Shown here: in pieces, positions 21,977-34,157 of the stretch
How the letters are laid out: the number at the start of each line of letters is the position of its first letter
Numbering within the stretch: the first letter of the stretch is position 1
NCBI GenBank assembly: GCA_010093605.1
Contig: MU004186.1
Coordinates: forward strand, 79,765 to 143,764
Origin: Lophium mytilinum
Lineage: Eukaryota
Length of the DNA: 64,000 bases
Reading direction: 5' to 3'
Program-made: the position numbers and the translations under genes
The notes under the pieces: model-generated
The model's database searches: none
Told to the model about the DNA's origin: nothing
What the model saw: only the letters and a program-made list of their open reading frames with translations

Positions 21977-24900
21977 CTACACGCTTCCAGACGAGTGTTG
22001 CAACGACGTTATTGGTTGCTCCCAAACAGGCCTCGAGCGCAAAGGCTCGGTAAACCGGGTCTTTTGACGTTGTCTTTGAGGTAGTTTCGGACGACGCTTG
22101 AACGAGTTTAGACGCTTGAACCAGTATGGACGCTGGAACGAGTATAGACGCTTGTAAAAGTATAGCTCCCTCGTCTGAAACCTTGTTGGAGATCGTCCTG
22201 AGCGCTTACGGCTCACGACCACGTCCGTCTGACGTTCGTTGCGCCTGCGATATATCCTCTTCAACTTGGGTACGTGATGACTAGCATGAATTCGCCGGAC
22301 GACTCCGCGTGGATATGGCGCCCTCAATGTGGTTATTACGTTCACCAACTGATTGCCCAGTATATTTGTTCGCCACAGCTGCAGATTGACTCGAGTCTCG
22401 CAGTTAGCAATCCAAGGTTCAAAAAATGAGTCCAGACTGGCCAAGCGGTCTTGGTACATTTCGTCCGGTAGAGACTGCAAAGCAAGTGTTTTCCTGGATT
22501 TCCTCCTGGCTTGCTTGAGATTGTCAATGAAATGCCGGTCTATGCGCATTTCGCCATCCAGTACATTCTGCACTACCCATTGGATGCCTCGGAGGTTGTT
22601 GATGCAACCATAAGCGTAGAGAAACATTGTCATAAACCTTATATCCACTGGCATCTCCCTCGCCCACGAGGACAGGTACACATCTATGAGTAATGTCACT
22701 GCTGCGCGAGGTTGCATCCGATGTACGAGATTGTGAGCTGCTACGACAGCGATGTAATGCGGTGGGGGCAGATTGCCTTCACTCCGATTCCGGAAACAGG
22801 CGAAGACTACATCATGAATCTCTCGAGAAGACATGTTCGAAGAGATTATGCGGTGGTGGAGGATTGGTGCTTGCGCTCTTCGAACATCCATTCCTAGTTC
22901 TTGAGCTCTATCGATGATAGGCGCAGCCTTCGAAGCATCGCCGTTGAAGCTTCGAAGAGCGGCTTCAACTGCCACTTCCATGGCGACCTGACTACCCAGA
23001 AGTCCCTTATCCAGGAGCCGACTATAGTGGTTCACCACTTCCTCGTGCTTTCCTTGGTTCAAGGCAAGAGTCATGGTCGCTTCAAGGCCATCCCCGTATA
23101 GCGTAGACGACGCGTTCTTAGCAGCCTGATCAACATTTGCTATCTGTCTCTCGAGCTTGTTCGCATACACCAGAGATGGTGAAACTTTAGCCAATCTCTC
23201 AAGCTGTGTGAGACCTTCTCGTATGGCGCTTTCTTCGATGGCATCTATCTCGAGGCCGTTTTTCTCGAAATCATCTTCTTCGAGGACAGCTTCTCTGGTA
23301 GGACTCTCCTCAGTAATATGGTATTTCGTGTGATGCTTCGTGACATGGTCCTGTAAATCGTGTACTTCAGCTACGTCTCGTCCAGAGACATCATTAAGCT
23401 CTTTGCGTCCGCCTTCAGCCTTGGCTGCGCGTTTGGTCTTAATATGGAAAGACATGGAAGCCTGCAGCAAGGGAACAATCCTGTCCGAAAGCAAGCCTTC
23501 ACGGCGCCGAGTGCCTTTCTGTTTCCATGCTGAAGACTGGCGAACTCGGTCTATCGAACCCAGTTTGTGTGCAAGTTGAAGAAGTAGTCCATGGGGCGGT
23601 CGGTGTGTGAAAAAGAAGCGTCGAAGAATTCCGACAGCAGTCCGCGTGGTAACCGAGACTTGAAACCCTTTGGCCCATAAATATCGAACCCATTCATCAA
23701 TCGCGTCAACCCGTGAATCTTTGGTGAGTGCGTCTACTACGAGGTCCAACGTTCTTTGATTTGGGATTAGTAAATGCTTTTCAATGGCGTGGGTAACAAA
23801 AGCTTGTGTTGCTTCAGAGTCATGGTCCTTCATGTAATCCTTGAGGACGGAGTTGAAAACCGTCTCAGTGAACATGGGAATAGAAGCAAGAAGGTCCGCT
23901 TGATGAGCGTCCTCTAGAACCTTTTCTAAAATGTTCCATCGAGCTTGGCCGGCAAGATATACCAGCATATCCGCTACAGTATCTGGGGATCGTTCAGCCC
24001 ATTCTGACGGTGATATGTTTTGCTGGTTCTTCAGAGCCAACCGCCGTATGGAGATCATTTCGCGCGAGATAGTCCTCAAGGGAAGGCTCCCAAACCCAGC
24101 ACGTGCTTTTATGTCCTGTGCTAATGATTCCACCGACTCAACATTTCGAGTCTCTCTCCAACAGCGTCGGAGCAGCTCTGGCAAAGATAGAAGACATTTC
24201 TCGTTCACCCTAGCCTCAAGAAGAGGTTCGGGAAGAAACCCTTCGATAGAGTCCACTGCGACTGAATAGGGAGTATGCAAGGCAAGTGCCCAGCAAACTG
24301 CTGGACGAATGCTTCCGCGCGTTGAGGATTCGTAAAATTTGGGATCGTCGCGGTGCTTCTGAAATAAATCGACAATCGGGCCATAGTCGTGGTTGTTTCC
24401 GTAAGCTTGTACCAGCAGTTTGCCCAAGGAGCCTATGCTTTCCTTGTGGAATCGTTCAAACCAATCGTACATCTGGCGAACAACTTCGACTGATCTGTCT
24501 GTGAGACCGTACGTTGCAATTTTCCAAGCTAAATGCATTGCAGGCATTGTTGGCATAACTACTGTCTCCTCTTTACTCGGTGTTACATTGGAAGTGAAGA
24601 GACTAGCAGCCTCAGTAACAAGGCGCTTCGCCAACAAGTAATTACACCGCTTTGGGATCTGCTGCAACCAGAGGGTCTTGTAATTTGATAATGACAAAAT
24701 GTCTTGCAACAGCTTATCAGCCATCTGGTCTTCCACCGTCATATCGAAGGCCTTCTTGTAGAAGTGGTTTATAGACTCGACGTTGCTAATGCTAGAGGAC
24801 TTGTCGCAAGCTTCCGGAATCAGTAAGACGGCCTGTTTTTCTTGGGATCCGATTAGATATTGTAAAACAGCGTGGTGCGCTTGCTTTCTCCAACGATCTT

Positions 24901-26542
24901 CAAAAGACTTGAAAGAAATGATCTCTTTTAGTAGCTTGTTGTCTTCTCGTTCTTTTGGCGACGTCTTCAACACAGTGTCGAAAAAGGTGTCCAGTGAGAT
25001 TTTTCCTGGCGAGGTTGCCGCTGTGCGATCCTTTCCGAAGGTCACCAAGAGTACTTGATAGGCATCGTCCTCTCGAGATGTCCACAGGAGGTTTGTTACA
25101 GCTTGGCGTATAAGCTCAAGTACTGGAGGGGTTAGGCAGTCCCACTTTCGTAATCGACGGGATAACGCAACTACAGAATTGCACAGGGGCTTCTCTACAA
25201 CCAGTTCAAGAAGAACGATAGCTACGTCTGGCACAAGAGATGCTTTAGAGGATATTCCAAAGTCTGCATTGGCCGGGAAACGCTCCAGAAAAAAGTCGAC
25301 AACTTGCCCCAGCGCCTGGGCCTTTAGATCCTTAATTGCGATTCTTTTCAGATCAAGGCCTTCTTTATCGAGCGAAAAGGGAGCAAGGCGTTTCAATAAC
25401 GAAGCCATCGTCGCGTCTGATCCTAGGCGATCAGCCTTATACCAAATACAAAATTGTGTTAACGCTGAGCCGAGATGCTTAGCATTCGCGATTCTCTTCG
25501 CCCTTCGAAGGAGTGGTCTCTGGAGTGCCTGGTCTTGAAGAGAGTCTGGGTGGAGCTGGTTTCGTGAAGGCGATCTCGGCACAGAATCCTGCAGCTGAGA
25601 CATGATATTCAGCGCGGGCGAAGCTTGGGTAGACATGGAGCGTCTGTAAGCCGGAACTTGCCTGGGGAAGCCTCTCGGTGATGAATGCGAGTTGATCTGT
25701 AGCGTCTCGAGAAAAGGGAGTCGGTTCATCACTTGATTTCTAGGCGGACTATCGACCAAGCAGGACTTGGGGGAGTTATCCCGGATTGTAGAGACACCTC
25801 GTCCTGATCCACGACCGTTGGGGCTCTGATCGCTCCCCTTGTCTCTTCTCGAGTGTGATGCTAATGCTGGTTGCCCAGACGTCTTGAAGTCATGATTCCT
25901 CTTCCGGCGTCGCTTATTCCCTATCTCCTTCGCTAGCTGGCTTTCATAAATCAGCTCTAGCTGGACTTCTCGGTTTATTCGATTTATAGCCTGTGCCTTC
26001 CGGGAATCGTTCGCATGACCTTTCTCGGCAATCGAGTATCCATATCCATACCTAGGATGCAGCCATTGGTTCGTGTTATTACTCGATTTCACTGCGCTCT
26101 GTGCTTCCAACGAAGATGTTCCGGTGGCGGGAGAGGCTTCCGACGCTGGCTCAACCCCAGCCAACGCTGCCACGAGCTCCCCATTGTACTCGTCCTCGAT
26201 CTCGGGTATCAATCGGGCTCGTCGACGTTGCCCGGTTGCTCGCGCGTAGGCCTTGTCGATTTCGGAGACTGAAAGGGGGTGAGGTCGCGGCGATTCGAAA
26301 GGAAGCTCGGGAGGGTCTTCGTTGCGGAGGCTGGCGATAGCCACGTTATGAAGGTGTCTGCGATATGCTGACACAATCTGGCCTCTCTCGATGATCTGCT
26401 TGCAAATACAGATCCGCCTGCGTCTTTCTTCGAACAGGAGAAGTGATGCGCCGGTGGTGACACCTAGAGAGCCGTATAGCGCAGCTTGTCTGAGGGCCGA
26501 GAGAGCGCCATTCGAAGGAGCTCGCGGGGCGGAAGCGGGCAT
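21977..26542 (-). CDS. Large conserved-type hypothetical alpha-helical protein, possibly mitochondrial PPR-like
   Basis: Uninterrupted 1521-aa ORF. N-terminal hydrophobic segment followed by EERRRRI; helical-repeat-like stretches (VFNSVLKDY, IPNQRTLDLVVDAL); basic C-tail. The PPR assignment is tentative. Confidence 0.75.
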   Translation of the reverse strand: MPASAPRAPSNGALSALRQAALYGSLGVTTGASLLLFEERRRRICICKQIIERGQIVSAYRRHLHNVAIASLRNEDPPELPFESPRPHPLSVSEIDKAYARATGQRRRARLIPEIEDEYNGELVAALAGVEPASEASPATGTSSLEAQSAVKSSNNTNQWLHPRYGYGYSIAEKGHANDSRKAQAINRINREVQLELIYESQLAKEIGNKRRRKRNHDFKTSGQPALASHSRRDKGSDQSPNGRGSGRGVSTIRDNSPKSCLVDSPPRNQVMNRLPFLETLQINSHSSPRGFPRQVPAYRRSMSTQASPALNIMSQLQDSVPRSPSRNQLHPDSLQDQALQRPLLRRAKRIANAKHLGSALTQFCIWYKADRLGSDATMASLLKRLAPFSLDKEGLDLKRIAIKDLKAQALGQVVDFFLERFPANADFGISSKASLVPDVAIVLLELVVEKPLCNSVVALSRRLRKWDCLTPPVLELIRQAVTNLLWTSREDDAYQVLLVTFGKDRTAATSPGKISLDTFFDTVLKTSPKEREDNKLLKEIISFKSFEDRWRKQAHHAVLQYLIGSQEKQAVLLIPEACDKSSSISNVESINHFYKKAFDMTVEDQMADKLLQDILSLSNYKTLWLQQIPKRCNYLLAKRLVTEAASLFTSNVTPSKEETVVMPTMPAMHLAWKIATYGLTDRSVEVVRQMYDWFERFHKESIGSLGKLLVQAYGNNHDYGPIVDLFQKHRDDPKFYESSTRGSIRPAVCWALALHTPYSVAVDSIEGFLPEPLLEARVNEKCLLSLPELLRRCWRETRNVESVESLAQDIKARAGFGSLPLRTISREMISIRRLALKNQQNISPSEWAERSPDTVADMLVYLAGQARWNILEKVLEDAHQADLLASIPMFTETVFNSVLKDYMKDHDSEATQAFVTHAIEKHLLIPNQRTLDLVVDALTKDSRVDAIDEWVRYLWAKGFQVSVTTRTAVGILRRFFFTHRPPHGLLLQLAHKLGSIDRVRQSSAWKQKGTRRREGLLSDRIVPLLQASMSFHIKTKRAAKAEGGRKELNDVSGRDVAEVHDLQDHVTKHHTKYHITEESPTREAVLEEDDFEKNGLEIDAIEESAIREGLTQLERLAKVSPSLVYANKLERQIANVDQAAKNASSTLYGDGLEATMTLALNQGKHEEVVNHYSRLLDKGLLGSQVAMEVAVEAALRSFNGDASKAAPIIDRAQELGMDVRRAQAPILHHRIISSNMSSREIHDVVFACFRNRSEGNLPPPHYIAVVAAHNLVHRMQPRAAVTLLIDVYLSSWAREMPVDIRFMTMFLYAYGCINNLRGIQWVVQNVLDGEMRIDRHFIDNLKQARRKSRKTLALQSLPDEMYQDRLASLDSFFEPWIANCETRVNLQLWRTNILGNQLVNVITTLRAPYPRGVVRRIHASHHVPKLKRIYRRRNERQTDVVVSRKRSGRSPTRFQTRELYFYKRLYSFQRPYWFKRLNSFKRRPKLPQRQRQKTRFTEPLRSRPVWEQPITSLQHSSGSV
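22093..22164. repeat. 18-bp coding minisatellite, 4 copies
   Basis: gacgcttgaacgagttta / gacgcttgaaccagtatg / gacgctggaacgagtata / gacgcttgtaaaagtata; encodes YFYKRL-YSFQRP-YWFKRL-NSFKRR on the minus strand. Confidence 0.85.
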
Positions 26543-27029
26543 GGGCGGCGAGTGTAAGGTAGCACTGACGGTTCCTGCTCATGGTGGAGGCCATGGGAGC
26601 ATTGTAGTAGGCGTCAATGGGGATCGTCAGCGTGGAGGTGGAACGCGGAGGTTTGGTTTGCAGATGTCGAACCACCGAGCGAGTCATGTTATCAACGTCA
26701 CGTGACGAGTGATTACGGCATTACCTAGTGTTGTATAAGAAATCCACTGGCATGGAGTCAAACATGAGTTGCAAGCTTTGAGGATTGTTGGAATACCAAC
26801 GTCATCTCTTCAGCACCGTTGTCTTTTTCCATGTTCTATGTGGCTTGATTCCGCTAACGAGGTGGGTAGACGGTCAGAAAACAGATCACGGCTATCAGCT
26901 TGTAAGATAACGCAACGGCTTTGTGAGCTATAGAGTCTTAATCAAGAAATCAACAAGATCGGTCTCATACTATTCGCTAATATGTTCGCAGATATACCTA
27001 GTAATAGCATAGCCTCTATATCGGTGACC

Positions 27030-28324
27030 TCACTGCAAGTAGAAATCGGCCACCTCATTCCCATACCACTTGCGGCCCACATCTTCATGACTGCGGATCC
27101 ACTTCCGAAGTTGAGACTCCCCAAGACTATCCCACCGAGGATCGAGAAAGCTGGCGACTGTGTTACTGCTACTCGCTTCGTTTGACTCTTTTCGCAATTT
27201 TCGAACTGACTCCGGAATATACGTTCGTACTTCTGAAACGGTCAGATCGAGGGGAAGCCCCTGGAAGAATGGGATAGAATATCTTGGCTTTGACATCGAA
27301 CTGGGTGCCTGAACTCCGTCATATTGATTATAGTCAGTAGTTGGTCGTTTAGTGCGGCTCGTCGCTTGCCAAAACAGGGCTACGAACCGATACTCGATGC
27401 ACAGTTGCCTTGACAGCGCCCTCTGTTGCGGCTTCAAAAGCATTCCCGAAATTGACGACAAATGTGCCCCCAATAGGCGGAGCTTGAACCCAGTCTCCCT
27501 TGGCATTAACAACCTCTAGTCCTTCTTCTTGGCCGACTTGATACAAGAAAGTCAACCAGCCACTAGAGTCTTTGTGAGCACCTACTCCTTGACCTCGATA
27601 TTGTCCTGTACTAGGTGGATATTTGATGAGTTTGATGCGATGCTGCGGAGGCATGTATTTCCCATTCTTGGCAGAATGCTGAGCAGTCTTGGGTAAGAAG
27701 AAGTCGTCGAAAGTTCCCAGTGGTATACCAAACGCCTCTTCTACGAGATGGACGAAGCGATACGAGAGTGCTTGGAGTGCATCGTGGTAACTTCTAGTCG
27801 TCAGTCTCTGGAGTGGCGCTTTGTATAGGCAGATGCTCTGACTTGGTAAAGGCTTCTCGAAAGTTCGGTATTAAGTCTTCACGTGGCCACTGATTGGGCC
27901 CACGCAGACGCCAATACATCTTCGTGAGATCTCTACTAGTCTTCTCGTTTGAGATTCCAGATTCCCCAGTCTCTCGCCATATCACGGGCAGGTCAGTAGC
28001 GAGATCAAACTGCTCTCGGAGATCCTTCTTCCCTAAAGTAGATTCTTCTGCAAAGCCGCTGTAGCCTAGAAAGTGCGGAGAGTTTAGTTTCGACAGCGCA
28101 GCTTTTGCTTCGTCGGGTTGATCAAAAAGCTGTGGAAGTCTTGACACCAGACTGCTTATTGTGCCTTCTGGGACGCCATGATTCTGAATATAAAGAAAGC
28201 CAACGTTAAAAAGTGCATCGTGGAGTTGCTTTAAGAGAAGGGGTTTCTTCGACGGGTCGTCTGCATAGGAGAGATCTAGGATAGGGATAGAAGAAACTTG
28301 CGGAGATGTGACCTCGCACGTCAT
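27030..28324 (-). CDS. 2-oxoglutarate/Fe(II)-dependent oxygenase (IPNS/DIOX family)
   Basis: IPILDLS..VGFLYIQNHGVP (DIOX_N), HKD (HxD), VHRV and RYSIPFF (RxS). Introns at about 27842-27794 and 27388-27309. Confidence 0.92.
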
Positions 28325-28665
28325 GTTCTGATCGATTGTAACAGGACGTTTGGAGATGACTTAAAGCACCACATGCAGGTGCGAAAGGGGGAAAGCAAGA
28401 GAGAAAAGAGGGTACAAAGGGTCAGTTGATGGTATGAGTACACGTGCCTGAGTAGGACGATTCAAGACGTCGAGTTGTGAAGATGGTGATGGTGAGCAGA
28501 TGACTCGAGGTACCAAGTACATGTGGCATGTGGCTGTGAATGCGCTAATCCCTGTCCAGTGGCAGGCAACCCCTCCATCCCCTCCTCCACCTAGGTAGGT
28601 ACCTACAACCTCCAATATCATCCTCAACAATCACAAACGCCCCCAGCACCACAGCTTTAACCACC

Positions 28666-29842
28666 ATGGCCTACAACTTTGTTCGCTCCTACATAGACAC
28701 CTTCCGCGAGCGCACCGCTCAGATTTCCCACCAGTCGACCTTCCGCAACACCGGCCAGATCACACCAGAGGAGTTCGTGCTTGCGGGCGACTTCCTCGTC
28801 TTCAAGTTCCCCTCCTGGTCTTGGGCCGACGCTTCGCATCCCTCAAAGCGTGTCTCATATCTCCCCGACGGCAAGCAGTTCCTAGTAACACGAGGCGTGC
28901 CTTGCCATCGCCGGCTCGACGACAACTTCGCTGGAGAAGCAGGCCAGGATGAGACACTAGTGCGGGATGGCTTCGCTGCGGGAGAGGGCGAGCCAGACGA
29001 CGATGGTTGGTTGAGAACTGGGGGCATGGCAGCTAGCCAAGAGGCAAGAGTACGGGATGTACGGACAGTCGACGAGAGCGGGAATCTGGGAGAGGCGGGG
29101 GAGGATGAAGACGAGATTCCCGACATGGAGGATGACGACGATGAGGCCATCATCCGAGAACCGCAGTCTGGCGCTGGAACTGCAGCGTAAGTGACACTCG
29201 CAAAGAGTCTGGCGTTTGAGCTCTAATTCTAACAACACCTAGGCCGCTCCGCACTTACACGCTTTACATTTGCTACTCTGCGCACTACCGTACCCCGCGC
29301 CTCTACCTCTCTGGCTATGGGCCCTCCTCCGAACCACTCCGACCACAACAGATGATGGAGGACATTGTCGGGGACTACAAGGACAAGACAGTGACCATCG
29401 AGGACTTCCCATTCTTCGAAGCCGCCATCAAGACAGCCTCTGTACACCCTTGCAAACACGCGTCGGTCATGAAGGTCCTCCTCGATCGTGCAGATGCTGC
29501 CCTGAAGCTCCGACTGGCGAAGCTCAAGGCCGGAAAGGATGTCTCGAAGCTGGACAGCGGCATGGAGGGCCTTGTCGATGACACAAAGCTTTTGAAGCTA
29601 ACAGAACGGGCTAAGCATGCGGAAGGCGAGGATGGCGGTAAAGACAAGATGGGAGACGAGTGGGAAGTCCTAGAGGAGGGAGCAGATGACGAGGAGGTGG
29701 CCATCCGCGTGGACCAGTACCTCGTCGTATTTCTTAAGTTCATGGCTAGGTACGTTTCGCCCCCAAATACTATCTTACGACATGTACTAACCTCCGTAGT
29801 GTCACACCAGGCATCGAGCACGACTTCACGATGGGTGTATAG
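28666..29842 (+). CDS. ATG3: Autophagy E2-like conjugating enzyme Atg3
   Basis: Motifs [36 protein letters not shown], catalytic [17 protein letters not shown] and C-terminal [11 protein letters not shown]. Exons 28666-29186, 29243-29749 and 29800-29842. Confidence 0.97.
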
Positions 29843-30756
29843 ATTGAGCCCTATTGTGATCTTTTGGAAGCAGGAGTTTCAAGGCGCCCATGGGGGTGAC
29901 TGGTATGTCATGCTTTGTATCTGGCGGCGTTTGGGGACCCAGGCTGAGCGCAGTCATAGAATGGACACTACCTAGGTAGTCTTGGTGGACAACTGAAACT
30001 GCTTTTAGTAGGCCGATATTTCACATGCTATCTATCGCGACACTACTTTGCCCTGTGACCCCTCTCATCACATGACGTTTAGAGCTGCACTAGGGTAGTC
30101 ACCGTCTGAAGTCCCTCAATACAAATTCAGCAATGTGAAAGAGATGTAGCGAACTTCTTTGAGGGTCTGAAAAGTCGCTGCCCCATCTGACAGTGGACTT
30201 TCTTCTTGTACACTAACTTACCACCACCTGTGTTTAGATTTTGAATATATCATACTTTAGGGCTCAATTAGACTGTGTATTCGGATTCTTTGTTAGTTAG
30301 TAGAAGTTTATTCATTTTGGACTTTCATTTGGTAGGGCAAGGGAGATGTCATGGTCTACTCATGTCCTTTGACATCGAACAAATGAATGCGTTCTTATAC
30401 TGTCTTGATTGATCATTGATCTCTTGTTAGATACTACGTAATTGCAGCGCCGAGCTGCCGGTGCTGCTAAATTGTTGGTCATCCTAATGAATGATCCCTT
30501 TCAGGAATTCATGTATGGCAAAGCGTCCATCCAGACAGCACGCACCCGTTACCCGCTACCAGCTGAACAAATTCGAAAATTCCCACCAATGCAAATGCTC
30601 CGTTCGAGTCCTAAATCGCCCATTTCCCAATTCCTTTTCCAATGCCTGCCTCGGCTCCCTTCCATGCCAATGAAAACGCCTCGTAAATCACCCCAAGCTC
30701 CAGTAGATGTCGTGACCAGGTCGTAGTTCGAGTCTCGCAGGGCGCTGGATGCTGGA

Positions 30757-31704
30757 TCACATCTGCCCTATGGGGGCGCCCATGTTCATCGGCTGCTTCT
30801 TTTTCAGTAGTATCCCATCCGCCTCGATTTCCCTCCGATTCAACACTATCTCCACCGTCTCCGACTTCACGCGGACCTCAGCTTCAAGCGTGTCCTCGAC
30901 CCGTTCTTTCGCGATATCTGCCAGCCGCTCTCCGAGAGCGCGCAGACTTATGCCATCATCACTGCCGTCGCCAGGCGCAAGCGGCAGGGTGAGCGGCCCG
31001 TCGAGGTATTGCTCTGGCGTGGTCTCAGCTGTGGGCGAACGGTGCTCTGGTGGCGACCGGTGCTCTGGGGACGGCGAGCCAGGGATCATCGGCGTGTGGC
31101 CGGCATACATGAGGTTTGCCTTTGGGAGGGGCGAGTGCATCGGGGCGGGCTCGATGAAGACGGAGAGGGTGGATGTGTTCGGTTGAGCGGGGACGCTGCC
31201 GGACTGTACGGGCTTGGAGGGGTCGTCGTGATATTCGACTTTTGATTTGAACTTGAGGGGAGGGTGGGCACGCTTGTGGTCAGTTTTGCTGTGGTCATTG
31301 TTGGTGCCCGCGAGGAGTTCGTGGAGGCGGGCGACTTCTTTCTCGATTTCGGCGGCAGCGCGCAGGTGCTCTTGACGCAGGGCCTCCAGGGATGCAATGC
31401 GATCGTAGATCGGAGCGGCGGAGGGAGAGGAGACGTCGACGGCGGGCTGGGGCTCCATCTTAGGAAGTTCGATGGTGAACGCAGGCTTTGGGCGCATTCT
31501 GAGGAAGCTAAGGTCTGGATTATTAGGAAAAAGACTCTGTAAAGCAGTGATATTGGATAAGGATCGCGCAGTCACGAAGTTCGGGGGATGGTATGTGATG
31601 GCGAGCAGCGGAGTCCGCGAGGTGGTGGGTGGAGATGGGATGCGTTGGCGGCGTTGTATTCGCAGATGCGGGCAGGTGAAAGGCTCGTCAATGAATGGTT
31701 GCAA
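30757..31704 (-). CDS. Hypothetical Pro-rich protein with a short coiled coil; start uncertain
   Basis: 315-aa ORF with coiled coil LEALRQEHLRAAAEIEKEVARL and gene-like codon composition. Confidence 0.65.
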   Translation of the reverse strand: MQPFIDEPFTCPHLRIQRRQRIPSPPTTSRTPLLAITYHPPNFVTARSLSNITALQSLFPNNPDLSFLRMRPKPAFTIELPKMEPQPAVDVSSPSAAPIYDRIASLEALRQEHLRAAAEIEKEVARLHELLAGTNNDHSKTDHKRAHPPLKFKSKVEYHDDPSKPVQSGSVPAQPNTSTLSVFIEPAPMHSPLPKANLMYAGHTPMIPGSPSPEHRSPPEHRSPTAETTPEQYLDGPLTLPLAPGDGSDDGISLRALGERLADIAKERVEDTLEAEVRVKSETVEIVLNRREIEADGILLKKKQPMNMGAPIGQM

Positions 31705-32588
31705 AGTCGGGGAGGACGTGCCCCAGCGTCAAAGAAGAGGCCTCGCGGAAACTGTCGTGTCAACTGTCAACCGGCAATTGTTCGCTGGTACCGATGCGCA
31801 ATCGTGGAGAAAGAGTGGGCGAAGCGTGGGCCGACGTCGAAGTGTCCCGGTGTCGGTGACGTAAGGCGGGTTCCTGCATCTTTTTGTGGGATTTCTCTTG
31901 GCAGAGGTCGGAATTCCGCTCTTTATCCCACCCCTCCATCACTGTACCGTCTCATCTCAACTCATCTCTTCCTATGCAAAAAGCGACTGTACCTTCTGTA
32001 TATGTGACTCTTTGGACAAAAATGTACCTTTATTGCCTATCCATCACTTTATACAGCTTCATGTCTTCCCATTCTCTCTTCCGGAACCCCCCGCATACCA
32101 TACGGTGACCGGAGCTTCTAGACTGTGCCTTGATAGATATGTGTACGCCTGTTTATCGTTGTCGACAGTGCTTTGATACACCTCCAGAAACCTGGATGGT
32201 ATATACTCCAAGCGCTTTGAACAATCCGTGAAGTGGCCTCACTGCTCACTCGGACAGTGTCACGTGTGAAGGAAACCACGCGTACGACGAGCATCACCAG
32301 AAATAGACTAACAACCTCAGCTTTACCCTGTAGTGCTGCTAACAGACCTCCGCTCAGCCACGCGTTTTCCATCATCATGTTGCTTATTTCTCTGCAGAGA
32401 TATGCGCAACTCCGCGCGTCCGCGACGTGATTTGGTCCGCCAGCAACATAGGCTCTCATTCAAAAGCCAGTCGTTCCTCTGGAAGCCTGACGATAGATAA
32501 CTTCCACTAAAAGCCATCAAAGGACCGTCACTCCCAAAGCATAATTCGATATGGCCGGTATGTCTACCCACTCAGAGCCCTGTCATGC

Positions 32589-33587
32589 ATGACCAATTTC
32601 GCTCACATGGGTCTAGCAGGTGCTGCTCAAAAGGCTATCAGTAACTTCTTGTCGAACGAGTCGTGCTTCGCGCTGCTCATCAAGGCCTCTTCTGATGGCC
32701 TCACACCGCTTCCTGCCATCACCATCGAGAAACACTCAGAATCAGACTTGATCAGCGCCCTCCCCCTCCTCACCAGCTACATCACTCCAAAACGCCCCCT
32801 GTATGTTATCGTTAGAGAGCGGGATCGTCTGATGTTCATCACCTATGTTCCTTTTCTGGCCCCTCAGGATCAGCAAAAGCTCATCATGGACAAAAGGTCG
32901 GCTGTAGCTGCCGACTTAGGCGCCGATAATCTGTTCTATGCATGCATCTGCAAAGAGTCTGCGGACATCCTGGATTGGAGGGCTTGGGAGTCAAGAGAAG
33001 CGTCGTTAACCAAATTCGGGAGTCCAGAACACATGGACGAGCATGGGAACAGGGTAGTTGTGGAGACTACGCCGGGTCTGCCACGATTCGTGGATCTCGG
33101 TTACACGAAACACCAATGCAGGCTCTGCGATCGCCGCATGAAAATGCCCATAACAGACGAGGCCAAAGCGGCACTAACGACTTTAACGTCGAGAGGATCT
33201 ATCGTACAACTCGTAAGTTCAGGCCCACACGGCGTATCGACATAGTACTATCTTCTACTGCATGAATCTCACCATATGGCCTCTTAGTTCGTCGATGTTC
33301 CAACCGAGACTATCACGCTTGGACTGTCCGAGACTCGTGTGTCCCCGTCTGAGCTTCCATCCAGAATCTCGCCACAACCAAGCTTCACCTTTTACCATCA
33401 TTCCGATTCCGGCTCGCTCCTGTTCATCTATTGCTGTCCACCAGACGCCACAGTCAAGGCTCGCATGACGCATACTATGGCGGTTCCAGGGCTAGTAAAT
33501 GTAATTGCAAGGGAAGCAGGCGTTGAAGTGACCAGGAAGATAGAAATTGATGGTCCCGAAGACTTGACCCCGGATCGACTGGGCTAG
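32589..33587 (+). CDS. Divergent twinfilin-like protein (two ADF-H domains)
   Basis: Exons 32589-33212 and 33288-33587 (GTAAGT...TAG). Twinfilin-like motifs PLYVIVR..FITYVP, PSFTFYHH..LLFIYCCPPDATVKARM and TRKIEI. Confidence 0.75.
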
Positions 33588-34157
33588 GAAGCTGCGCCAT
33601 ACCAAGCAATCGCCCCGTAACGCCCACGAGGTTGGCGACGCACTTCGGAGGCCTGTGTCCATTCCGGAGGATGGTGGAGACAAACGCACGTTATACTGCA
33701 TGAATAGTACGCTATAGAGACTCTCACTTCCCAACTCAACGGTTCCAATGTCTCCAACCTCCGGCGCTTTTCCTTGTTTTGACTTTTCCTGGGGTTGAAA
33801 GTTCTAACCTAGACGAATAAAATCCGATCCACCCCAGCATTTCTTCTTTGATCCGGGTGGCCAATGCCTTCTGTTCCCCGGTTCCCCTTCCCCACCCCTG
33901 TTGTGCATGAATGATGCTGGCCCTTGCTTGGACCGTATGGTTACCTGTGATGATCTTCTGATATCTCGGAAACAGCCGCCTGCGCAATCCCGAGAACGGT
34001 TGTTCTATGCTTGCTTAGCGAACTTGTGCACCGTCTCGGTTGTTTTCTGCATTGTTATATATCTCTTGGAGGTTCCCTTCACATAGAATTCGAAGAGCTG
34101 ACTCTGTTTCCTCAACTTGAGTGTCCCCCGAAAAATTTCCTTGTACTGTTCAACATC

